From a virus, in IMG/VR virus record IMGVR_UViG_3300018080_000115, positions 76,695 through 138,362 of that record: a stretch of DNA of 61,668 bases; one strand, written 5' to 3'. This document shows positions 48,359-56,863 of this stretch, piece by piece. Each line of letters opens with the position of its first letter. Position 1 is the first letter of the stretch. A program made the translations under genes and the position numbers. The notes beneath the pieces are model-generated. The model was not told the DNA's origin, made no database searches, and saw nothing but the letters and a program-made list of their open reading frames with translations.

Positions 48359-49225
48359 TCAAAGTTTCATCGCACCACCAAGACTTATATTCGATTCGTG
48401 ATTTTTATGGTGTTCGTGCGTCTTTACCTTCGGTGATCCAAACAATGGAAAGTCTTGGATTGCCATGGCGGTTTCGACTGTTGCGCCTTCTTCACTTTGC
48501 CAGATGACGTCATGCAGGTATTGCGTGTTGGGATCGTCAAAGACGCCTTCCGGATCTCCAATCACCTCATCCAAGTTGCTGCCCGGATCAATATCAGTGA
48601 ACGTCGTGTTAATCGATTCCACCGAAGGAACCTGCGTGTACGGCAACGGCAACCAACCCTCAACTCGAATCGAATAGGTGCGGCGCAAAACCCTGTCCGC
48701 ATTCACTCCCGGTTCCAGATCGCTTGCATCCACCACCGATTCGAGATGAACGGGATTGTTGGTCCCGTTCGCCATAACGTAACTGATCGGCCGAAAGCGT
48801 GACAGCAGCTCCCAATCAACGTAGTTGGCTTCAAAAACCTTCTTGTGCCAGAAGTTGATTGTGTATGCCAGATCGAACGGCATCGCCTTCAAGTGACGCT
48901 GCCATTCTTCCCCGACCCTCCGTTTGTACCAATACGCTTCCGGGATAGACGGAACCGCTTGACGATCGCGATCGGGAGACACCGAATTGAGCGAAAACGA
49001 GAATTTCGGAATGTCGATTCTGCCTTCTACAGGCGGCGAAACTTGACGCGCAAAAGCCCGTTCGGGAGTCGCATAAACAACTCCGATTTCACCTTCCGCT
49101 CGACCTTCGCGCCACTTGGGAATATGACTCAGCCATTTGTAGATAGCATCATTATATTCTTTCCAAGCTTCAAATCCGATCCCGAATGTACGGTTGTCGA
49201 ACGGATCATAGCGCGTCTGACTCAT
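48359..49225 (-). CDS. tail sheath stabiliser/terminator, gp15-like
   Basis: VVYATPERAF, IP.FSF, PFDLAYTINFW, IRVEGWL; position in neck-tail module. Confidence 0.7.
   Translation of the reverse strand: MSQTRYDPFDNRTFGIGFEAWKEYNDAIYKWLSHIPKWREGRAEGEIGVVYATPERAFARQVSPPVEGRIDIPKFSFSLNSVSPDRDRQAVPSIPEAYWYKRRVGEEWQRHLKAMPFDLAYTINFWHKKVFEANYVDWELLSRFRPISYVMANGTNNPVHLESVVDASDLEPGVNADRVLRRTYSIRVEGWLPLPYTQVPSVESINTTFTDIDPGSNLDEVIGDPEGVFDDPNTQYLHDVIWQSEEGATVETAMAIQDFPLFGSPKVKTHEHHKNHESNISLGGAMKL
48384..48396 (-). promoter_or_regulatory. candidate late promoter AATCGAATATAAG
   Basis: Identical 13-mer at 60563-60575; upstream of tail genes. Confidence 0.5.
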
Positions 49226-49271
49226 TGCGTCACGCTGCCTTCATCTTCGACGCATCCCCGTTGATCAAGAA

Positions 49272-49616
49272 TCATTTCCGATCGCCATAGATGCGTTCTT
49301 CGGCTTCCTTCGCAGCTTCCACGATGGCAGCTTCGATCTTCTTGAAGAGCAGTCCGTGAAGAATGCCGACATTCTCAGGAGTATTGAACGTGCCATCCTT
49401 CGAGAAGATGATTTCTTGACCCTTCAGTTGCTCCAGATTGTCGATTGCAGAATTCGGATCGCCCGCCAGAAAACGAGCAAAGGCATCGGCGACATGACTG
49501 ACATTCTTCTCGTTGGTCAGCACGTCTTCGGTCATAATGCCCGGAACATCCACGCCTGCAAGCTTGGTCATCCCTCTCATGTCGCGTTCGTTGAACAGAT
49601 GCTGTTTTTCAGCCAT
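49272..49616 (-). CDS. putative internal head protein
   Basis: RBS GGAAGAG; MTKLAGV motif resembles scaffold C-terminus; xxE cleavage-like sites. Confidence 0.6.
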   Translation of the reverse strand: MAEKQHLFNERDMRGMTKLAGVDVPGIMTEDVLTNEKNVSHVADAFARFLAGDPNSAIDNLEQLKGQEIIFSKDGTFNTPENVGILHGLLFKKIEAAIVEAAKEAEERIYGDRK

Positions 49617-49647
49617 GGTCTTCTCTTCCTTCTTTGATGGCTTGTAA

Positions 49648-49944
49648 TTACAAACCGTGTTTCTCACGCCATGCAGCAATGGTCTTTTTGAAAAACGGCT
49701 GCGGCGGCGTTTCCAACGCAAACGATCCATGTTCTCGAAGAGCGGCCTGTTGAGCAAACCGCGCATAAGGTTCAACGATCAGATCATGACCTTCCATTCT
49801 CACCTCGAATGGAAAACCAGATTCTTTTAGCAGCATATCTGCCAGATCCTTCATGAGCGTACGCATGTAAGGGGTGATCGCTTCTTCGACCCCTTCCAGT
49901 TCGGCATTTTCAATTTGCGTAACACCGCTCATGGTACGAATCAA
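49648..49944 (-). CDS. hypothetical structural-region protein
   Basis: ALREHGS...PPQPFF motif like phage neck/tail-completion proteins. Confidence 0.55.
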   Translation of the reverse strand: MIRTMSGVTQIENAELEGVEEAITPYMRTLMKDLADMLLKESGFPFEVRMEGHDLIVEPYARFAQQAALREHGSFALETPPQPFFKKTIAAWREKHGL

Positions 49945-50363
49945 TCCTGCCAGTATAACTGCTTGTAACGGCCGGATGTATCCAGCTCTTCTTTCGGCAG
50001 TTTGACGCGCAACCGCTTGGCTTCAGCTTTTGCCTGCATATATGCTTGCCCTTTTCTCGGATCTGAACCGCTGCTTGGTGCGTCGGCCCGCAAAAACACG
50101 TCGCTCTCTCCATCGATCGTGTTCCATGCGACCGTCAGCCAACTGCCGTCAGGAAACTCAACTGCTGTGGACGCGCCCATTTCAGGGTCATAGTTGTACG
50201 TCGCTTCTTGACGAATGTTTGCGCGCGAACCAGGAGCAACCGCACAAGCATAGACGATCTTCTCAAATTGCTTGAATTGCGGCGGCGCGGGAACGTGTCT
50301 TTCAGTGACTGCTCCCAACACTTGATTGATCTGCTTCAATTCCTCTGAAAGTCTGCTCGGCAT
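49941..50363 (-). CDS. hypothetical protein
   Basis: 140 aa, RBS AAGGA. Confidence 0.65.
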   Translation of the reverse strand: MPSRLSEELKQINQVLGAVTERHVPAPPQFKQFEKIVYACAVAPGSRANIRQEATYNYDPEMGASTAVEFPDGSWLTVAWNTIDGESDVFLRADAPSSGSDPRKGQAYMQAKAEAKRLRVKLPKEELDTSGRYKQLYWQD

Positions 50364-50380
50364 TTCTTATTCCTTTTCTA

Positions 50381-51076
50381 TCATGATTGATTGAAGTTTT
50401 GAAAAGGACGTTCAGGCCACAACAACGGCGATTCGCTGATATCCTGTTCTTTTCCGTCTTCGTCAATGATGACATACCCTTCTGTGTTCGTAGTTTTCAA
50501 TGTCAGCTTCCAATGCTGCCAACGAAACAATGACTCTTCAGAGTAGTTTGCACCTTGCACCTCAAACAATCGTCCATCGTGTGTTCGGATCAGATCTCCA
50601 TCAAGCGGCACCTCTCCATACTCACGAAGTCCTTGATTATAGTTCATGAACATATCAATCTCAACTTCCATATCCAAACCGTACCCGCTCAAACCATACT
50701 CGCCAGGATCGGATACATAATTGAGATAGATGATCTTCGGAACCTTAAAATAACGAACTTGACACTCTCCGGTCACTTCATCAAGCACTGTTTTGTCACG
50801 ATCAATTTGGAACCACTGTGACGGCGGAGATGAGAGTTGAATGATTTCCTGTTCGATGGAATCAAACATGCGTCGATCTGGATTATCGGGATCGTACAAG
50901 CCGAAAGATCCATCAGGAACATTGTCATTGACGCCTGTATCTAACGGCGGTTGATAAAAATCAACAGTTTCACCGATATGCTTCCCAGTCCGCTCCTCTT
51001 CATCGGGCGGCTGTTTCTTGCCCTTGTCTATCGGAAAGGGCGGTCTCGGCAAAGCTTCTTTGACACGATTCGGCAA
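50381..51076 (-). CDS. neck/head closure protein, gp14-like
   Basis: EIIQLS...DEVTGE...LSGYGLD...P.DGDLI....LFEV; TTG start with AGGAG. Confidence 0.75.
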   Translation of the reverse strand: MPNRVKEALPRPPFPIDKGKKQPPDEEERTGKHIGETVDFYQPPLDTGVNDNVPDGSFGLYDPDNPDRRMFDSIEQEIIQLSSPPSQWFQIDRDKTVLDEVTGECQVRYFKVPKIIYLNYVSDPGEYGLSGYGLDMEVEIDMFMNYNQGLREYGEVPLDGDLIRTHDGRLFEVQGANYSEESLFRWQHWKLTLKTTNTEGYVIIDEDGKEQDISESPLLWPERPFQNFNQS

Positions 51077-51097
51077 ATACGATTCTCCTGAATCAGA

Positions 51098-51427
51098 TCA
51101 GAACACATGTCCTGTTCTGAGGAAGCGATCCACATCTTTCGGCGTTATGCCATCTATTGCAGCGTCCACGCCAGCCTCAAATCCGTCGTTGTAGTCGTTC
51201 TTGGTTGGACTCGATCCAAGCTTTTTCTGAACAATCGCAGCTCCGACGCCTTGCAGATCTTCATCTCTGATGCGTCTCTTTTCCATGACGGATTTCATGG
51301 CTTCATAGCCTTCCATGAATCCGTTGCGATACATCATGTTCATCGATTCGTGCACGGAAACGCTTTTCTTGACTTCACCGCCCATCCGTTGGTTCAGTCT
51401 GCGCAGAGATTTAGTGAGATTGGACAT
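51098..51427 (-). CDS. hypothetical protein (possible internal head protein)
   Basis: 109 aa; two similar Y..GF..G segments. Confidence 0.6.
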   Translation of the reverse strand: MSNLTKSLRRLNQRMGGEVKKSVSVHESMNMMYRNGFMEGYEAMKSVMEKRRIRDEDLQGVGAAIVQKKLGSSPTKNDYNDGFEAGVDAAIDGITPKDVDRFLRTGHVF

Positions 51428-51469
51428 GGCATTCAGCTTTCTTCTATGTGTTTGACGTTGCTTGTTTTT

Positions 51470-51871
51470 TTAGACTGTTACAATTTCCACGTCAACTTCA
51501 GTTTCAAAGTCGACTTCGCCAACAGAAGCCCAACGCGCCTGCATTGCCGCCTCAATCACAGTCAGCGCATTCATGCGCCATGCAACGACCATGGCTTGAG
51601 CCAACGCATCATCATTCGAAACGTCTTCTGCCGATACAGCATAGTTGAGCGGGAAGTCGTCAGGAAGATATTTGATGTTCTCAGGAAGCGTGAAAGTGAC
51701 GGCTCCATAACCTGGAACAGTTTCGTTGATCGTACCGCCAAGATCGAATTCAACAGGACCGCCGCGATCCAACATGTGCCGGTGTTCCATGTCGCTGAAC
51801 ATGTACTTGATTGCAACGGTATAACGACCCTGCACCGCAGTCTGTTCGTATTCAAGATAGGTCTTCGACAT
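51470..51871 (-). CDS. hypothetical protein
   Basis: 133 aa, RBS AGGTG. Confidence 0.65.
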   Translation of the reverse strand: MSKTYLEYEQTAVQGRYTVAIKYMFSDMEHRHMLDRGGPVEFDLGGTINETVPGYGAVTFTLPENIKYLPDDFPLNYAVSAEDVSNDDALAQAMVVAWRMNALTVIEAAMQARWASVGEVDFETEVDVEIVTV

Positions 51872-51905
51872 GGAATTTCACCTGCAACGTCAATTGGTTT
51901 TCTGT

Positions 51906-52415
51906 TCACAGAGAGCTGAGAACATCGTCGGCCAGTCCAACCGCCAGCTTCTTTGCATCATCGATTGGAATGTTCTTGATTCGAGTCGTCAGCGATCTGA
52001 AAAGCGCCGTCGCCAAGCGTTTTCGATCAATCGGAGCCTGTTGCTGCTGTTGCGCTTCCGTGATCGCTTGAAAATCAATAGGGCTGTCGTCATAAGACTG
52101 CTGTCGCCCTCTACCATTACCTTCGTTTGACCTTGGTTGGACGCCATTTCCAGGACTGTTGACGAAATCTTCAAAGCCGCCAGCGCCGCCCAACTGCGCC
52201 ATCTGCTGCATCAGAGATGCGTCCACTTCTTCATTGATCGTTGGAGCATTTTGCAGTTCGTTTTCATCGATCGGCCGCATGTATTGCTTGATATGCTTTT
52301 GATCTCCGTATTGCTTGATGATATGCTTTTGATCTCCAAAATTGAACGGCTGCCCTTGACCCTGATTCCCTTGTTGTTGCTGTCCCATTATGGCCTGTCT
52401 TCCTTTCGTCATCAT
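51906..52415 (-). CDS. Gln-rich hypothetical protein
   Basis: 169 aa, overlaps neck gene stop. Confidence 0.65.
   Translation of the reverse strand: MMTKGRQAIMGQQQQGNQGQGQPFNFGDQKHIIKQYGDQKHIKQYMRPIDENELQNAPTINEEVDASLMQQMAQLGGAGGFEDFVNSPGNGVQPRSNEGNGRGRQQSYDDSPIDFQAITEAQQQQQAPIDRKRLATALFRSLTTRIKNIPIDDAKKLAVGLADDVLSSL
52281..52337. repeat. in-frame tandem duplication (27 + 30 bp)
   Basis: GTATTGCTTGAT(GAT)ATGCTTTTGATCTCC x2, encoding GDQKHI(I)KQY. Confidence 0.9.
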
Positions 52416-53131
52416 CCTGTGAAAAATCCAAGCGGCTCTTCGTATTCTTGCCTAAGCTCATCTTCCAGGCGCAATATGTCTTCACGCCCTTCACTGATCA
52501 GCGTCTCACCATCCATACTAATGTCTCCCCGTGGTCCAGGCAAGCTTGGATATTTTGATCGCACTCTTCCCAAACGAATCTTCGTCACCGCCAGCGCATA
52601 TGATCGTACCCATTCCTCTTCTCTGATATCCCCTTCGTTCGGGTCAAGCATCTTCTGATAGCGAACAAAGACCGGAACCGTCATTGACGGAAGCGGAAAC
52701 AAATACAGATAAGGATGCAGAAACTGCCATGTGCCGTGGATTCCGAACGTGCGCAACGCTTCACCATGATACATGTCCGCAATCGCGTAATCCGTCAAAG
52801 ACGAATTTTGAACCCAACCCCACCAAACATCCCAATACGGATATATATTATTGAAGAATCTCTGCATCAAACGCGGCTGATAGACGACGGTTCTGATCGC
52901 AATATAGTCGTCTGGAACCTTGTATTTGTTCACGCCCGCGACCGCATTAAAGACGGTCCAGTGCTCTGAATTTGGATAGTGTTTTGTAAACACCGCAATG
53001 GCTCGGTCAATCGCATCATCAAGCCATGCCTCATATATCTCGACCTTGACGGCAGGATATCCTAAATCATACATGATTGAACGCTTAAGCCTATCCCTCA
53101 ACCCATATCCGACTTTATAAGAGACTGTCAT
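52412..53131 (-). CDS. neck protein, gp13-like head-tail adaptor
   Basis: LGYPAVKVEI, WVRSYALA..K..LGRVRSKY..LPGP.G...DG..L..EG, PLGFFTG. Confidence 0.88.
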   Translation of the reverse strand: MTVSYKVGYGLRDRLKRSIMYDLGYPAVKVEIYEAWLDDAIDRAIAVFTKHYPNSEHWTVFNAVAGVNKYKVPDDYIAIRTVVYQPRLMQRFFNNIYPYWDVWWGWVQNSSLTDYAIADMYHGEALRTFGIHGTWQFLHPYLYLFPLPSMTVPVFVRYQKMLDPNEGDIREEEWVRSYALAVTKIRLGRVRSKYPSLPGPRGDISMDGETLISEGREDILRLEDELRQEYEEPLGFFTG

Positions 53132-53153
53132 GATTTTCCGCCTTGATCATCAG

Positions 53154-53186
53154 AAAAAAAGCGCACACGCCAGTTGCGCGTGCGCC
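53154..53186 (-). terminator. intrinsic terminator
   Basis: GCGCACGCGC/GCGTGTGCGC stem plus U7 on - strand. Confidence 0.75.
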
Positions 53187-53221
53187 ATGTTCGCTTCATC
53201 GGACGCCGTTCGTGTTGGTTC

Positions 53222-53644
53222 TCATTGCCCTCCGCTGACAGCATCCGTATCGGGCGGAAGCGGTTCGGGAATCCATCCTTGAAGCGTTTTGCAGACCGTA
53301 TCGAACGGTGTGTCGGGAGCCTCTGAGATCAATGTCATGTCGCATTTGAATTGAATCAGCTTGCCGACGTTGCTGTCATCCCCGATGAAGACGGCAATGT
53401 AGTGATGCAGCTCAGCCTCTTCCTGATTTGTCGAATACTTTTCCCACGTCAGGCTGTAGCCAGGAGCGATGACGAAGCTTTTCGACTGCAACGTCAAATA
53501 CTTCTCGACCACAGAAATCATCTGCGTGTAGTTCTCAGGTTTCCTTACCCAATCCATAAACGTGCCGCAGCCGTTCAGGAAAAAGACAAGACCCAACGCC
53601 AACGTCGCAATGAAAAGTTGCAGCCTTTTCCGATTGAGGATCAT
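53222..53644 (-). CDS. predicted lipoprotein
   Basis: Basic N-term, hydrophobic core, lipobox LNGC. Confidence 0.7.
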   Translation of the reverse strand: MILNRKRLQLFIATLALGLVFFLNGCGTFMDWVRKPENYTQMISVVEKYLTLQSKSFVIAPGYSLTWEKYSTNQEEAELHHYIAVFIGDDSNVGKLIQFKCDMTLISEAPDTPFDTVCKTLQGWIPEPLPPDTDAVSGGQ

Positions 53645-53826
53645 TGAGTGCCCCTTTCATCAATCTTGGGTTGTGGTTCAACAGGCTTCAGATTCTTCTT
53701 CGGGTCCGTTGGGATCGTCTCAACAACGACCGGCTTCAACGAACCGGGAGCGTCATCAACGAGCAATTGCTGCTTGCCCTCTTTTCCAGGATTCTCCATC
53801 ATTTCCCTCTTCTTTTTTGTGCGCAC
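53641..53826 (-). CDS. small hypothetical protein (likely start ~53802)
   Basis: ATGA overlap with lipoprotein gene. Confidence 0.45.
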   Translation of the reverse strand: MRTKKKREMMENPGKEGKQQLLVDDAPGSLKPVVVETIPTDPKKNLKPVEPQPKIDERGTQ

Positions 53827-53860
53827 GCCATTGTGCGCAAGTGCTTGACGTTACTGAGAG

Positions 53861-54412
53861 CTATTCAGCGTCTTGCTTCATTTCGCTCTTCTTGCGACGT
53901 CCGCGCCTCTTCGGAGTCTTCTTCAACTCTTCTTTTTGCGCATCACCCTGCGGCGCATCTTCGTTCATCACGTCGTCAGGATCAAACGGAGGAGAGCCTG
54001 CTTCTTCAGCCTTGTCCGCAACTTCTTCACGCACGGCTTCGACTGGTTTGTGTTCGGGGTGTTCGCTTGGAACCGCAGGGACGGCGTCCTCTTCTGCAGG
54101 CTCAGGACCGTCTTCCTCTTCATCCGTCACAGGCTGAATCGTCGCTTGTGCATCGGTCCCTTCGACCAGTTCCTCATAAGCGGCCTTGATTTCTTCTTCA
54201 GACTGCGGCGCATGCAGGGCCGGAACAGTCGGATTGGAATCAAGATCCTTCACTTCGCCGGTTTGTTGATTCACTTCCACCAACATCAAGCCGAGAGCAC
54301 GACCTTGCTCCATGGGCAACTCAATGATTCCGTTCGGCATGACCTTTTGATGTTGCGTCGGACTGGCAGGAACCATCACAACGCCTCTGTGCCTATTCAT
54401 GAATGTGGGCAT
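53861..54412 (-). CDS. acidic hypothetical protein with basic tail
   Basis: 183 aa, RBS AAGGA. Confidence 0.7.
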   Translation of the reverse strand: MPTFMNRHRGVVMVPASPTQHQKVMPNGIIELPMEQGRALGLMLVEVNQQTGEVKDLDSNPTVPALHAPQSEEEIKAAYEELVEGTDAQATIQPVTDEEEDGPEPAEEDAVPAVPSEHPEHKPVEAVREEVADKAEEAGSPPFDPDDVMNEDAPQGDAQKEELKKTPKRRGRRKKSEMKQDAE

Positions 54413-54509
54413 TTCTGAATTTCCTTTCTTGTTTTCATTTCATCTGCATCAGATGAATAGAATTGTATGACATGCGCCACCAAAAATCAAGCGGCGTCAA
54501 CGACTTGTC

Positions 54510-54890
54510 TCATTTCATCAACTTCATGGTGACGTCCAAGAATTTCTCCAAGGGCATTTCCATGTATCGATCAAAGTTCTTATCGCCAAGTCCGTTGGCA
54601 ATGGCGATGACTGCTTGCGCCGTGAACGCATCGATTTTACGCCTCACGTTTTTGCCGTCCAAATTGACGAACGGAACAGGCTTGGCGCTATGCGAATCAA
54701 CGATGTCCTTGATCGCTTTGTATCGCGGATGGTCTTCGCGCTTTGCTTCGAATAGATGATCCATTTGATTCATTCCCTCTTCTTGTTTTCTTTCCTGAAC
54801 CATACGGTTCTGATCATCGTCTCCAAAACCATCTATCAGCTCGAAGACTTTGAAATCATGTTCGATGCTCATGATATTTTCCTGACGCAA
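54510..54890 (-). CDS. hypothetical head-region protein
   Basis: KIDAFTAQAV...MPLEKF segment; follows major capsid. Confidence 0.65.
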   Translation of the reverse strand: MRQENIMSIEHDFKVFELIDGFGDDDQNRMVQERKQEEGMNQMDHLFEAKREDHPRYKAIKDIVDSHSAKPVPFVNLDGKNVRRKIDAFTAQAVIAIANGLGDKNFDRYMEMPLEKFLDVTMKLMK

Positions 54891-54914
54891 AGAGAAGCAA
54901 TTTGGATGCGAGTG

Positions 54915-54946
54915 AAAAAGGCGAGCGGGAAGTCCCGCCCGCCTTT
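54915..54946 (-). terminator. intrinsic terminator after major capsid gene
   Basis: AAAGGCGGGCGGGA/CCCGCTCGCCTTTTT. Confidence 0.8.
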
Positions 54947-54981
54947 GGGTCTCAGTGTGCTGTCATGCAGCAACAGGAGCA

Positions 54982-56817
54982 TTACACCAGATCGGTGTTT
55001 CCGCTGATGAGGTTCGAGCCGCTGATGCTCGTGCTGGTCTGGATCGGGTAGCCAGCGGGGATCGTGGTGCCCATGGCTCCCAAGTTCGAAACCTTGATGA
55101 TGCCATAGAAACGTTCACCGTTCTCGACGATCAGCTTGCCGTACCGGGTCAGGATGCCCTTGCTCGGATTGTACGTGCGCGGGTCCATGATGGTCGGAGT
55201 GAGCTGAAGCGGGATGTACGGGCAATAGAAGTAGCCCGCATCCATGTTCGTCGGTCCCTTGTAGCCCATCAAGACCAGATCTTCGGGGAACAGCGGATCA
55301 ACCACCACCCGGAACTTGCTTTGCAGCATGCCGGTTTCCTTGATCCCGACCGAATACATGTTGTCCGCGCCCTTGACGGCTTCATACTCGGACAGCGATT
55401 CCAGTTTGGCCGCGATTGCAGGAGACGTCACAACCCAGTTCGCTTGGCCGCGCAGAGTCTGCCTGTAGATGTCGTTGCCCAACTCCAGGAACTGATAGAG
55501 CAGCGCACGGTTGCGATCGTTGAAGTTGCCCGATCCCGGAACGGTGTACCAGGGAGCGCCGCCGATGCCCGGAAGCGCCGCAGCCTGATTGTACGACAGC
55601 ATTCCGGTGCCGCCGCCGACCGCGAAACCGCCCACGATGAACGGATTCGAGTAATCGTAGTTGCGGCGATGACCGGCGTTGATGATCAGGTTGTTGAGCG
55701 TTTCACGATCGATTTCGGCCGCGATTTCACTGGACAGCAGACTGACCAGTTCCTTCTCGGCATCGATCTGATGCATGGCGCGCATGTCCTGAGCGGCTTC
55801 GATCGACCACACGGTGCGCAGCTTGCGCGTCTGAACCTCGACCAGATGAGAGTCGATTTCCAACGACAGCTCAGGAAGTTCAGGCCGGTTCTCCATGTTG
55901 ATGTCGTAGGTGAACGTGTTCATGCCCAGGAACGGCTGACCGGCCGCGACGGCAAGCGCCACTTCCGCATTGGACAACAGGTTTGTCATCGAACCAGCGG
56001 CAACCGTCAGGCTGAACGTGTTGGTAGCGGCATTGATGAAGCCCGTGAACAGGTTGGTGATCACAGCCGCACCGTTCAGAGTCGCCAGAACGGTTGCCGT
56101 CAAAGCGGCAGGAGCAGCGGCGTTGACCCAGCCCGTCAGCTCGACCAGATGCAGCGTCTGACCAGCAGCCATGCAGCCCGCGTACGTAGCAGCAGTGCCC
56201 ATCAGCACATACAGCTTCGCGCTGTTGTTGAAGATTGGCGCATTGGCTTGGACAGCGGCATGAGTGCCGGTAGAGGGGAACGCGGCCATACCAGCGCCGA
56301 TCGTACCACCACCGATAGACAGCGGCTCACGACGCACGGTCTGAAGCGAATAGTACGGATCGACGAACCAAGTGTTGCCGACAAAGTTGGCATACTCAGT
56401 GCCCGGAGCGGTTGCGCCCTTCGCCGTTGCGGCGGTGCCCCACGGGTTCTGTTGATCGACCATGCCGCTGTAGAAATATTTCAAATAGAATATTTGTGAC
56501 GTTGGACCCGTCATCGGCTGGACACCAACGAGCGAGTTGGTGATCAGGTTCGGGTACATTCTTCGAATCAGCGGCATCAGATAGTGCCGGAAGACTGCGA
56601 TCTGAGGAACCTGACCCGAAGGACCGGCCAACGTGCTGCCGGTGAATTCCGAGATCATGCCCTCATTGAGGTACATTGCGCCGTAGCGCCATGTGTTCTC
56701 CAACAGGATCGCCGTGTTCATGATGCGCTCTTCGCCGCGAAGCCCGCGAAGCATCGGCTTCCAGCGTTCGATCAGCATCCCAGCGATCTTGCGGTAGGTA
56801 GAAAGTTTTTGACTCAT
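54982..56817 (-). CDS. major capsid protein, gp23-like
   Basis: AILLEN, PLIRR.YP.LI...LVGVQPMTGP, TRKLR..WSIEAAQD..A.H.IDAE.EL, EIAAEIDRE, GYFYCPYIPL, KGILTRYG. Confidence 0.97.
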   Translation of the reverse strand: MSQKLSTYRKIAGMLIERWKPMLRGLRGEERIMNTAILLENTWRYGAMYLNEGMISEFTGSTLAGPSGQVPQIAVFRHYLMPLIRRMYPNLITNSLVGVQPMTGPTSQIFYLKYFYSGMVDQQNPWGTAATAKGATAPGTEYANFVGNTWFVDPYYSLQTVRREPLSIGGGTIGAGMAAFPSTGTHAAVQANAPIFNNSAKLYVLMGTAATYAGCMAAGQTLHLVELTGWVNAAAPAALTATVLATLNGAAVITNLFTGFINAATNTFSLTVAAGSMTNLLSNAEVALAVAAGQPFLGMNTFTYDINMENRPELPELSLEIDSHLVEVQTRKLRTVWSIEAAQDMRAMHQIDAEKELVSLLSSEIAAEIDRETLNNLIINAGHRRNYDYSNPFIVGGFAVGGGTGMLSYNQAAALPGIGGAPWYTVPGSGNFNDRNRALLYQFLELGNDIYRQTLRGQANWVVTSPAIAAKLESLSEYEAVKGADNMYSVGIKETGMLQSKFRVVVDPLFPEDLVLMGYKGPTNMDAGYFYCPYIPLQLTPTIMDPRTYNPSKGILTRYGKLIVENGERFYGIIKVSNLGAMGTTIPAGYPIQTSTSISGSNLISGNTDLV

Positions 56818-56863
56818 GATTCTCTGTGCCTTTCAAAGGGAGTTGGTGTTTTTGCGTTACCGC

